Source of the DNA: Azolla caroliniana
Taxonomy: Eukaryota; Plantae; Polypodiophyta
Direction of reading: 5' to 3'
NCBI GenBank assembly: GCA_043228905.1
Contig: JBHGNT010000010.1
Span: forward strand, 18,600,001-18,664,000
DNA: 64,000 bases
Made by a program: the position numbers and the translations under genes
Notes under the pieces: model-generated
The model's database searches: none
What the model was told of the DNA's origin: nothing
What the model saw: only the letters and a program-made list of their open reading frames with translations
In this document: positions 23,924-35,951 of the stretch, piece by piece
How positions within the stretch are numbered: the stretch's first letter is position 1
How the letters are laid out: each line of letters opens with the position of its first letter

Positions 23924-26900
23924 TGTAAAAACGAATAGCGTGCGGAAGTAATAGAAAACCGAACACAGAAAAATAGGTTTAATGGAGAGCTTGACAGTAC
24001 ACGGGAGAGATAGAGAAAGAGTAGAACAAGTTAAATCTATTACCAAACAATAATAGTTCTTTGTACATAAGACGTGCTCAACAACACTATTTATACAAGT
24101 CCTAAGAGGACTGACAGAAATATTGTGTACTTCAATGCTCATATGAGCGTCTAACACTAACTACGAGACTATTAACTACCTAGTAGTCTAGGCTACTACT
24201 AGGCTTCCGGTTGCTGTTTGATCTAGCTCATCGGCTCCCTAGCTCACTGGCTCGTCGATCCGTCCAATCCGGCTTCATCCTTCTGGATGCCGATCTGGCT
24301 TAGGCTTATTCAGCCAATTCGGATCCGGTTGAGCTTGCCGCTCAACACTCCCCCTCAAGCTTAACTTGAGGTCGGATCGTAGTGTCAGTCTCCATGACAA
24401 CCGATCCTTCCACTCGGCTCCTTCTGGCGTAACTTCGCCTCGCTTGTGCTCCTCGTTTGGTCCGGTCCCGTTTGCCGCGTCCCTTTTGATTTTATGCCCC
24501 TCGACCTCCTTGGCTGACTTGTCTGCTCAACAGGCCCAATTCAACTGCCTCGCTGTTGTGACTTCGGGGCTTGCCGATTCATCGATTCCTTCGTGTTGGC
24601 GTCGACTTTTGCTGCCCTCTCGTCCTCTTCGCCTTGAGTTGATCCGGTTCTTCTGAATTCGTCTGTTGAACCGAATCGACTGTCTTCGATTCGTTCCAGC
24701 TCTTGTTTGAATCGGTCGCTCCCGATTCGTCTTCTGGTTCTAGGCCCTTCACCACATCGGACCATGTCCGGGTCTTGGCCTTCTTCTTCCGGTCGGCTTT
24801 GTCCTTCTTGACTCTGCCGCCGCTGCCGCTTGTTTCGACTTGTTCGGATGTGTCAACTTCCTTTGTCGACTCGGCTTCCTTTCTTCTTCTTGTCTCTCCA
24901 TCTGTTGGTTCTGCCCTCACTAGCACAATCGACAGTTTCTTTGTGTTGAGAATCAAGCTTAACGTGGTATAGTGTGTGAACTCACCTTGAGAGTGAAGAG
25001 ACACCTCAACGGTCAAGAGTCATCATTATGTCACCACTTTGTATTCTAGTATTTAGTATGAGTCATAGAATCATATTCTATGACACATAACTTATGAGCT
25101 TTCACATTCCCCATGCTCCATGAGCCTTGTAGTCAATGAAGAGAGAGGGTGACTACATAAAGCACCCTCCTCTCACCTTGTATAACGTTGAGTCTTTCTC
25201 CATTGCTAATATATTTTACCTTGCGTATTCTCTGTGTATTACTCCTTGTCTCTCTCTCAATCTCTCTCTCTCTCTCTCTCTCATACACACACAGTTCACA
25301 CCTATTCCGCTTCACAAGAATCCATCTCTTGATTCTTTACACTTTGCCTTTGCCCGTTCCAGTGTCTTTGCCCGTTCTCCCCCTCAAGTGTGGCACGTGG
25401 AGATGCTGAACACCAAGTATTTCGGTGAAGTGTTGCAACTTGTCCGATCCGAGGGGTTTGGTGAAGATGTCGGCAACCTGCCGATTCGTATGAACATACC
25501 GAAGTTCGACTTCACCGCTCAGGACACGCTCATGCATGAAGTGGTAGTGCACTTCTATGTGCTTTGTGTGAGCATGGAATACGGGGTTCTTCACGAGCTG
25601 CATGTTTCTTATGTTGTCGCAATAGATCAGGATTGGGATTGGCAAATCGATCCGCAAGTCTTGCAACAGTCGCCGAAGCCAAATGGCATCATAGGTGGCA
25701 ACGGTAGCGCCCCGGTACTCAGCCTCAGTGCTCGAAAGGGCCACTGTTGGCTGCTTTTTGTTGCTCCACGCAAAAGCCGCGCTACCAAGGGAAAACATAT
25801 AGCCGGAGGTGGATCGGCGATTCGATGCATCACCGGCCCAGTCGGCATCGGTGTAGCCGACTAGCTCTTTGGTTATACCATGCCGGTATAACAATCCCTG
25901 TTCCTTTGTGCCGCTCACATATCGCAAAATTCGATGTGCGCACAGAAGGTGCTCCACAGTCGACTTCTGCATATATTGGCTAATCACACTGACCGGATAA
26001 CTGATGTCGGGTCGGGTGATTGTCAAATATATAAGGTTTTCGACGATTTGTCAGAATTGCTTCTCATCGCAGGCCGGTCCAGAGTTGGGACAGAGCTTCT
26101 GGTTCCGGTCCAAGGGTGTGGAGATCGGTCGCCGATTTCGAATTCCGGCATCTTCCTCTTCCCCTTCTCATTGCGCGTGATCCGTTTCCTCGGTTCCTTG
26201 CGCGGGGAGAGCACGACAGAGTCTCCACCACTTGCCGTCTCTTCATTCGACTGGTCCAACCGACTCAGTCGCTCGCTCGGTCCACTCAACTGTAACGATT
26301 CCGGACTCTCATCTTGAGTCTCGGCTTCATCATCCTCTGCCAGGGCTGATTCAGGCTCACTGGCCTGATCTTCCGGCATTGGGTCGGGATCGGAAGTCGG
26401 AGTCGGTACGGAGTACCAGGATGCCGATTCATCGAACTCGACATCCCGGCTAACTCGGACTTCCTTCGTCCGGGGGTTATAGTACTTATACCCCTTTTGC
26501 TCTTGAGCATAGCCGACTAGGATGCATTTTTCCGATTTTGCATCCAACTTTCTCTGCTTCTGATCCGGCACATGCACATACGCTATGCTGCCGAATATCC
26601 GAAGGTGTCTTAAGTTCGGCTTCTGCCCGAAATACAGCTCATGAGCTGACACCTTGTCACCAATGCGGTTTTGTATGTAGACGACCGTCCGGACCGCCTC
26701 CGCCCAGTAGAATTGGGGCATGCTCCTCTCCTCCAGCATTGCCCTTGCCGCTTCGACGGGTGTCCGGTTCTTCCTTTCGGCCACACCGTTTTGCTCCGGT
26801 GTGTATCTGCAGTTGAACTCTCGCCGAATTCCCTTCTGCTGAAGATAACTAGTGAATTGGCCGGAAAAATATTCCTTTCAACCATCCGACCGAAGGCATT

Positions 26901-28601
26901 TGATCTTCCTCTCTGATTCCCGTTCCACCATCTTCTGGAGGCTCCGGAAACAGTCGAAGACTTCGCTCTTCCGCTCAATGAGGTAGATCCAAGTATGTCG
27001 AGTATAGTCGTCGATGAAGGAGACGAAGTACCGGCTCCCGCCAAGGCTTACACTTTGTGCTAGTCCCCACACATCCGAATGGATGAGATCGAGCTTGTTA
27101 TGGCTCCGGTTTCGTTCGGTGGGGAATGGAAGCCGGTGTTGCTTCCCAAGTTGGCAGGCTTCACAAATTTCGGCTCTCCGACCGCTGAACTTCGGTAAAC
27201 CGACAACGACTTGTTTCGTTTGCAGATCTTGAAGCCTCCGGTAGTTGACGTGGCCTATCCGCTTGTGCCACAGGTCGATGTCCGACTCGACCTTCTGTCG
27301 ATTCGCGAACAGAGCGGTGCCAAAGTCATTGGTGTTGAGGATAAACATCCTCCCTTCTCTACGCCCTTGCGCAATGACTTCGCCCTCATCCTCAATGAAG
27401 CACCCGAGGTGCGTAAACTGCACCTGCATCCCCTGGTCGACAATCTGACCGACAGACACCAGGTTCTTCGTGATTGTCGGAACGTGTAATACGTTCATCA
27501 GCTTCCCTTTCTGTCCGACGTGGCTTAGAGGGACTTCTCCGACGTGCACGATTGGGTGAGGAGTGTCGTCTCCGGTTTCGACTACTCCTGGTTGATCCGG
27601 TTTCTCCAAAAAGGAGAACCACTCTTTGTGGCTCGTCATGTGGTTCGACGCGCCGGAATCAACATACCACACTTCCTCCGTTTTGGAAGTGGTCTTCTTC
27701 ATTGAGTTTGCCTTGTGATTCATCACCAAGGCTGGCCCCTTACCGGCCTTTCCGGTTCCGGATCCTCCTGATCCGTTTGTGTAGTGCGAGTTTTGCCAGC
27801 CACCCTTACCGGTCTTGCCGGATCCGGATTTGTCCGAATCGGCACGCTTTCTCCAGCACTCGCTTTCCCTGTGGCCTTTTTTGCCATAGTACCAGCATTC
27901 CGTAGCGGATTTGTCTTGCCGGCCTACGGCACCGCCTTGACTCCCCCTGCTTGTGGAAGTCCCGGAACTGCTGTCGGCACACTCATAATGCCTTCGTTCC
28001 TGCTCTTGCCGGCCGCCTCCATTGCGTGCCGACCCACCTCTTCCACCACGCCCACGGAGCCGATCCGTTCCCGTGTACAACATTTGGCTGTCCGGGGATG
28101 CACTGGTAGATGCACCGGCGTGGTTCTCCTCTACAAGGAGCATCAACTGTAAGTCGAAGAATGAGGGGGTACTCTCCCTTGTACACACCGCAGTCCGGAA
28201 CGCTCCGAACTTGGATGCCAGGCCTCCGAGACATATCTGCACCATCTCGTCTTCCTCTACGGTAACATTGATAGAGGCGAGCGAGTCGCAGATTTCCTTG
28301 ATCTAGCCCGTGTAGTCTGCCACGGACATGTTCTTCTGTCGAACATTGCTCAACTCCTGTCTGAGTTGCAACTTCCGGGCAGTGGTGCTTGCGGCGAAAA
28401 CCTTTTTCAGGTTCCCCCAAGCATCCTTCAATGTCTTGGCGTCACGGATGTGGCTGAGCAGCTGATCGCTGACACTGGACGCGAAGTAGTACATCACCCT
28501 GCTTGTCGCCTGTTCCCATACCGGGAAGTTCTTGTGTGCCGAGTCGGGCGCCGCATCATTCGCTCCTTCGACATAACTCCGGTTGAGCTTGCCGCTCAAC
28601 A
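23924..28601 (-). mobile_element. Ty1/copia element 'B' nested in A gag, internally deleted
   Basis: 3' LTR 23924-24347 preceded by PPT GAGGGGGAG (24348-24356); RNase H (YTDADWAG...KHIEVHYHF) 25347-26026; integrase/protease/gag 26130-28577; RT catalytic core missing at a junction near 26128; only a 24-bp tip of the 5' LTR remains (28578-28601). Confidence 0.85.
24944..25341 (+). mobile_element. Solo LTR of copia family 'C' (398 bp)
   Basis: TGTTGAG...TTTACA flanked by perfect TSD CTTTG (24939-24943, 25342-25346); near-identical to 30678-31075. Confidence 0.9.
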
Positions 28602-30660
28602 AAGATCAACCTCTGGATTTGTTTTCTCCCTCGGCAGCAGAGCAATATCCTGGAGTAGCAAGAAGCAGCCTATCGTTGCTCTTTCGAGTACGGAGGCGGA
28701 ATACAGGGGCGCAGCCGTAGCTGCATGTGAAGCCGTATGGCTCAAGAGGATTTTGAAGGACCTGGGCGTACCCATCAAGGATCCAACTTCCCTTTACTAC
28801 GACAAGATGAGCAATATCTATCTCGCTCGGAACCCGGTGTTCCACGCGTGGACAAAGCACATCAAAGTGCACTATCACTTCATCCGAGAGCGCGTTCTCG
28901 TTGGCGATGTTGACCTACAACACATAAGCACCAATCTTCAAACAACTGACATCTTCACTAAAGCCTTAGGAGCCGACAAGCTATGGCAATTCATGACCGA
29001 TCTCGTATTGACGATCCTTGACCTGCCAAGCTCGAGGGGAGTACTGAAGACACTACGCAATAGCGCGTAGATTCCGCAACCACGCAACGAAGTAGCGAAG
29101 AGCCGATCTACCGCGCAAAGTCACGAAGAAAGACGCAAGCCGAAGCACAGACTTCGAAACTACGCACAATGCAAGCTGGAGCATGGATTCCGCAACTCCG
29201 CATAAAGCGAGTCGATGCAGACTCCCGAACGTGAATTGAAGCGGATTTCGGATACCGTCTGAAACCGACCCGACTTGAGCTTGCCGCTCAACAAAGATCA
29301 ACCTCTGGATTTGTTTTCTCCCTCGGCAGCAGAGTAATATCCTGGAGTAGCAAGAAGCAGCCTATCGTCGCTCTTTCGAGTACGGAGGCGGAATACAGGG
29401 GCGCGGCCGTAGCTGCATGTGAAGCCGTATGGCTCAAGAGGATTTTGAAGGACCTGGGCGTACCCATCAAGGATCCAACTTCCCTTTACTGCGACAACAT
29501 GAGCAATATCTATCTCGCTCGGAACCCGGTGTTCCACGCGTGGACAAAGCACATCAAAGTGCACTATCACTTCATCCGAGAGCGCGTTCTCGTTGGCGAT
29601 GTTGACCTACAACACATAAGCACCAATATTCAAACAACTGACATCTTCACTAAAGCCTTAGGAGCCGACAAGCTATGGTAATTCATGACCGATCTCGTAT
29701 TGACGATCCTTGACCTGCCAAACTCGAGGGGGAGTACTGAAGACACTACGCAATAGGGCGTAGATTCCACAACCACGCAACGAAGTAGCGAAGAGCCGAT
29801 CTACCGCGCAAAGTCACGAAGAAAGACGCAAGCCGAAGCACAGACTTCGAAACTACGCACAATGCAAGCTGGAGCACGGATTCCGCAACTCCGCATAAAG
29901 CGAGTCGACGCGGACTCCCGAACGTGAATTGAAGCGGATTTCGGATACCGTCTGAAACCGACCCGACTTGAGCTTGCCGCTCAACAAAGATCAACCTCTG
30001 GATTTGTTTTCTCCCTCGGCAGTAGAGCAATATCCTGGAGTAGCAAGAAGCAGCCTATCGTCGCTCTTTCGAGTACGGAGGCGGAATACAGGGGCGCGGC
30101 CGTAGCTGCATGTGAAGCCGTATGGCTCAAGAGGATTTTGAAGGACCTGGGCGTACCCATCAAGGATCCAACTTCCCTTTACTGCGACAACATGAGCAAT
30201 ATCTATCTCGCTCGGAACCCGGTGTTCCACGCGTGGACAAAGCACATCAAAGTGCACTATCACTTCATCCGAGAGCGCGTTCTCGTTGACGATGTTGACC
30301 TACAACACATAAGCACCAATCTTCAAACAACTGACATCTTCACTAAAGCCTTAGGAGCCGACAAGCTATGGCAATTCATGACCGATCTCGTATTGACGAT
30401 CCTTGACCTGCCAAGCTCGAGGGGGAGTACTGAAGACACTACGCAATAGCGCGTAGATTCCGCAACCACGCAACGAAGTAGCGAAGAGCCGATCTACCGC
30501 GCAAAGTCACGAAGAAAGACGCAAGCCGAAGCACAGACTTCGAAACTACGCACAATGCAAGCTGGAGCATGGATTCCGCAACTCCGCATAAAGCGAGTCG
30601 ACGCGGACTCCCGAACGTGAATTGAAGCGGATTTCGGATACCGTCTGAAACCGACCCGAC
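28583..30660 (+). repeat. Three tandem ~693-bp copies of the copia-C RNase H plus 3' region (28583-29274, 29275-29967, 29968-30660)
   Basis: Each unit starts TTGAGCTTGCCGCTCAACA and encodes [11 protein letters not shown]...SWSSKKQ...KHIKVHYHF; units differ by scattered SNPs. Confidence 0.92.
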
Positions 30661-30677
30661 TTGAGCTTGAGGGGGCG

Positions 30678-31075
30678 TGTTGAGAATCAAGCTCAACGTG
30701 GTCTAGTGTGTGAACTCACCTTGAGAGTGAAGAGACACCTCAACGGTCAAGAGTCACCATTATGTCACCACTTTGTATTCTAGCATTTAGTATGAGTCAT
30801 AGAATTATATTCTATGACACATAACTTATGAGCTTTCACATTCCCCATGCTCCATGAGCCTTGTAGTCAATGAAGAGAGAGGGTGACTACATAAAGCACC
30901 CTCCTCCCACCTTGTATAACGTTGAGTCTTTCTCCATTGCTAATATATTTTACCTTGCGTATTCTCTGTGTATTACTCCTTGTCTCTCTCTCAATCTCTC
31001 TCTCTCTCTCTCTCTCATACACACACAGTTCACACCTATTCCGCTTCACAAGAATCCATCTCTTGATTCTTTACA
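30678..31075 (+). mobile_element. 3' LTR of copia C, with PPT
   Basis: PPT GAGGGGGCG immediately upstream; TG..CA ends; followed by CTTTG and a second copy of B RNase H (to 31550). Confidence 0.9.
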
Positions 31076-31754
31076 CTTTGCCTTTCCCCGTTCCAGTGTC
31101 TTTTCCCGTTCTCCCCCTCAAGTGTGGCACGTGGAGATGCTGAACACCAAGTATTTCGGTGAAGTGTTGCAACTTGTCCGATCCGAGCGGTTTGGTGAAG
31201 ATGTCGGCAACCTGCCGATTCGTATGAACATACCGAAGTTCGACTTCACCGCTCAGGACACGCTCATGCATGAAGTGGTAGTGCACTTCTATGTGCTTTG
31301 TGTGAGCATGGAATACGGGGTTCTTCACGAGCTGCATGCTGCTTATGTTGTCGCAATAGATCAGGATTGGGATTGGAAAATCGATCCGCAAGTCTTGCAA
31401 CAGTCGCCGAAGCCAAATGGCATCATAGGTGGCAACGGTAGCGCCCCGGTACTCAGCCTCAGTGCTCGAAAGGGCCACTGTTGGCTGCTTTTTGTTGCTC
31501 CACGCAAAAGCCGCGCTACCAAGGGAAAACATATAGCCGGAGGTGGATCGAGGTGAATAATTGGTCCGGTCTGGCTTTTCACTAGGGAGCGAGCTACCCA
31601 TTTGTGTGTTCATGTTGATTGTAGTGTCTTCTCTTCTTTTGCTTTTCTTCTTTCGATCACATACACGTGCTACATAGCGGCACTACGTCTCGAACACACA
31701 ATCACAGAGTCGGGTGGGCTTAGTGTATTTTCTAAACCACACGCTCTGATATCA

Positions 31755-32190
31755 TGTTAAGAATTAGGTAAGTAATTAAGGAAGGGTTAATTAGTACCTA
31801 ATTATGTGATTAGTTGATAAGCGGAAGATTAAGTGATATGTGTGTGTATGTGTGTGAGAGGAAGAGAGAGAGGAAGTTACACTTATGAATAACACAAGAT
31901 GGGGGATGATTAACTCTATATTAAATTAGCAACATCATCCAAAAATACCCACAAGGAGGTATATATACATCTCATGTGCAAAGGTGCACATGTATGAGTA
32001 GAATATAGGTACAACGCGTAAGTCCTATATTAAATGTACTTAGGAGTGGAGGATCTAAAGTATCCCACTTAAGTACAAGGTCCTACTTAAGGCGTTATAG
32101 TGAACACTTCTAACTAGATTCTATCTAGGTAACTACGAAGTTACATGGTTGACTAACTAATTAAACTAAGTTGAGCTTGATCTCTCAACA
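31755..32190 (-). mobile_element. 5' LTR of copia A
   Basis: TG..CA ends, adjacent tRNA-Met PBS, TSD ATTAA. Confidence 0.85.
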
Positions 32191-35100
32191 ATTAATAAGT
32201 AGATGAAAGTAGTGGTGTGCATGAGACCTCTAGTTATGAAAGAGGTGCACATTAGTTTATAAAGTAATGGTGCATCTAATTAGCTAATAAAATGAAGTCT
32301 AAGATTAACTGCCAATATTGTACATGCATAAACTATGTAGAGCAGGTTTATGTAGTGCCATACACATCAAATCTTAGCCATATTGGTTCATCAAGAAAAC
32401 CTAGAGTTAGTTTTCTAACAAGATCCAACTTACAATTTCCAGCAATAGCTTTTTGAAGTAAAACTATTAGCATTTGGTCTGTTTGATATTTATAAATTCA
32501 TTAATTATCAAGATTATAGTAGAGAAATTAGGGGACCATACCCACACCAATCTAACCTAGCTTCATAAACAGACCTCAAACACAAGTCTTTGTTGGTATT
32601 CCCAAAGTTCACATTTTCGTGATAGCTATAATTGATTCTATTGTACGTAAAATACTAGATTTCATGGCGCAAGTACACAAATATGCCAAACCTTGTACTC
32701 ATGTCACCTTGAGCATTTGAAGAGGTATATCTTAAATACAAAACTATATCAAGGGTCAATGTTGCAGAAAACAATCGCGATCGTGTAAATAGGATCATTG
32801 ACAGAACGTGTCTCATAACAAAAGCAATATGCTTTGAATATACTTGTTTTACACACATGCACAACACTGGCTTCACTTTCTGTCACTCAAAAAGCAAGGT
32901 AGTGCTCTTGGGTGTTTTTCATTGGTGGTCATGTCAAGTAAAACAAGTAGCTCAAACTTGCACGTAAATGTGCATGTGTTTACTAATTTAAGTTGTTGTA
33001 CATCACGGACAAACAAAATACTCACTTATGGGCTTGCGATTTAAGTAAAGCTATATTATTTAACAAATATTTTTGTCTGCTATGTTATGTAATGGATTTG
33101 TATATTGCATGAAGTTTCTCACGCAGGGATATCAACGTAACAAAGGTGCCTTACAATACCGACATCTAAGAGACGAATGATGTAATGCATTATGAAGCAA
33201 ACACATGCATGTATTTGAGCATCTAACAAACATTAAGAAAGAGTTAATGCCAACAAAGAATATTATGTTTTAAAGAGGATTCTTAAACACAAAATAAATT
33301 GAATTTGACAAGTGCACCATCATGAAATAGTTAATAGGTTGTAAATGTGCGTTCATGCACTATACGAGTGGGCATTGAAATAATGGCCCCCATACATTAA
33401 CATCAAGAAGTGAATGTCATGGTGTCAAATAGGCAATAAGATATCGATACCATGCGTGAATAATGAAGAGAGAAAGAAGTTATGGAAGTTTCAATCCCGT
33501 TTAATTTAGTTACTGATGAATATAACCTTACAACTAAAGAGTGATCATATTATCGTGTGCTAGAACATTTCATAAATATTAAACCTACAACAATCAATTG
33601 TTTTCTCAAACAAGAGCTAAAGAAGATTGATTGTTCAAATAGGGTAAGTAGTGTTTTGATCATAGACTTGAAATTATATGATGGATAAGGACAGCAACAT
33701 TTAAACTAATTGAGCATTTAACCATGGAAATTTTCCTTGAAAAGCACACTCATGATGAACACCCTCAAGGCATATAGAGCTCGATGAAGCCTATTGAGAG
33801 TAATAACCATGACAAAAGTAACAATGTAAACTTTAATTGTTTAAATTCACAATATTTTTGGCTTATCCAAGTTTTCTTAGGGTATTTTTGTATGCTTCTA
33901 TACGCCTTGGTCTTCAAGGTCTTCAAGATGGAAGCTACATCTCCACATGTAGAGTTCTATGCCACAAATTTGTAAACTAAGGAAGGAGTGGAGTGTTTAT
34001 GATATGATCAAAATGTGAGTAGAAACAATTGTGTTATCAAGTCACATGTGTATGTTTTTTACAATCCTAGTTCAAGATAGAAACTACATCTTCACTAGTA
34101 GAGTTCCAGTCACAATTTTGTAAGTTTAGGACGGAGTGAGAGTGTCTTGTTATAATCAAAATTCAAAACATAGTGTTGTTATGTCACTTCAATGCATTTG
34201 TAGTTCACAATTAATTTAGGAAGCTCTTCAACCACCCAACTAAATACCCTCAAGTTGAGGCCTTCAATTGGCATGAAATCTTCTTGTGTCTCATATCAAG
34301 TTGTCAAGGGCATGTATCTTAGTGTTAGTGATGCTTTGAGGAAGGGCTTCATGCAAATGGGAAGATGCGAGAAGAGGTTCAACGTAGGTAATTGCCCACT
34401 ATATATCAATTAACCTAGATCTATGTTGATACAATAGTATGAATATCATGTTAGACAAGATAAGTGTCCATTGTCATGCATATTGTTGGCCCATTTATTC
34501 ATTAGTTTTGTGAGGTTGCATGTGTGCTCCTAACACTTCTTTCACACTTGGTGATGGTGAATGATGATGCTCATTGGCAATGCCAATTTGTTGTAGCTAG
34601 TTTCTGGCAAGAAGGTCCAACCAACATCTTACCATATGATAGAAGTACCTAGAAAACACCAAATATTGTTGGGTTGTGCCTCCCATTGGCAATTAAGTAT
34701 TTCCAGAACTACTTGGACATGGTAATTTGTAAACAATATAAAATGCTTCACATCTCTCTTAGATCCTTATCCTATGTCATATGCAACTCTCTTGGACATT
34801 ATCACATCTTCATCTCTCTTTTCTTTCTCTCTTTTTTAAACATTTATATTCAATATATAATTCCTAAGATTGGGAAGAGTGGTTTCCTTGTTTATGTGAT
34901 AAGTTGTGAAATTTTAGGGCACCGTCCCCATTAGACATTAACCTTCAAGTGTTGGCGCATGATGTGATATGTTGGGAACATCCTATATATTTTTTGCACG
35001 TGTATATGAAGAAATGTTTTAGCTATTATTACAACCAATGTCATGACCAAATTGGGGGGGGGGGGGGGGGGGGGTCCTCTAGGACAAATGATTGTCTAAT

Positions 35101-35951
35101 GGACACAAAATTAATCGTTGATTGATTTATTACAACAGACAAACTTGTTGATGAGTGAGCTAACAATGGAATATTTTTTATTTGGTTGAATTTGAACAAT
35201 ATTCTAGATATTCAAATGAGAAATTTACATGCATACCATGGCAATGTGATGTGAAAAGCCAAAGTTCCAAACTATGTTTATAAAAAGAACATCTAGTTAT
35301 TTTACCAAAAGTAAAAGCACAACTATCTCTTTTACATCCTCAAATACATTCTTTACTCAATTAGGATTCAGAAAACCACACATTATCATCTCTAAAGAGA
35401 CAATTCTAATAACAAGACATTACGTGCATCCCATGATGCACTCACCGCCTTTCAATAAAAAACTGGGTTCTTATACAACAACTCCTAGTTTTTTTTATGA
35501 ACCGTTTTTTTTCCATTTATATTTATAAACAATTTTTCAAACTAGGACCAAACCCTCTTAAAGGAGAAGTGCTTAACAAAAAGAATCGAACAGTTTGGTT
35601 AATGGATTAGAAAGAGAGAGATAAAGAGTTCGTGATGGGAAATGTGTAAAGAGACATATTGTTGGGCACTAAGGACTAAAAAACAAAGACCAACCTTAGG
35701 CTCTAGTAGCTTTCATTTAATTAATGAGCGCACATATGAAACCATCCTTTTCGTTCGAATATTATCAAACATTCCACCAAAAGTCTCTTTATATTTGGGA
35801 TCCTTATAAATCCCATTAACCATCACAATTGTTCAACACTTTGTCATCATTACATAATCTCTCATGATATATTTATATATGTGTGTTCAATCTTCATACA
35901 TAATCTTACCTTATACAAATATTTGAATTTTCTTCCACCTCTTTCACTCTA

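Larger units (their letters stand above)
21857..32190 (-). mobile_element. Ty1/copia LTR retrotransposon 'A', outer element of the nest, degenerate
   Basis: TSD ATTAA at 21852-21856 and 32191-32195; intact 5' LTR 31755-32190 (TG..CA, 436 bp); tRNA-Met PBS TGATATCAGAGC at 31743-31754; gag start MGSSLPSEK near 31601; gag/zinc-knuckle/protease/integrase remnants 21989-23923; 3' LTR reduced to ~16 bp; RT and RNase H deleted. Confidence 0.85.

Noticed and set aside
22760-24157. 465-aa ORF as an intact polyprotein
   Set aside because: Starts inside B's LTR and samples different frames of A's degenerate gag-pol
25136-25864. 242-aa plus-strand ORF (and its 228-aa copy at 30870-31556)
   Set aside because: LTR sequence running into the antisense strand of copia RNase H; a typical shadow ORF
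28366-29070. 234-aa ORF as a novel fusion gene
   Set aside because: Chance read-through from antisense B gag across the LTR tip into C RNase H; non-ATG start
24944-31550. Duplications as an assembly artefact
   Set aside because: Copies differ at multiple SNPs and have mechanistically sensible junctions; not fully excluded without reads
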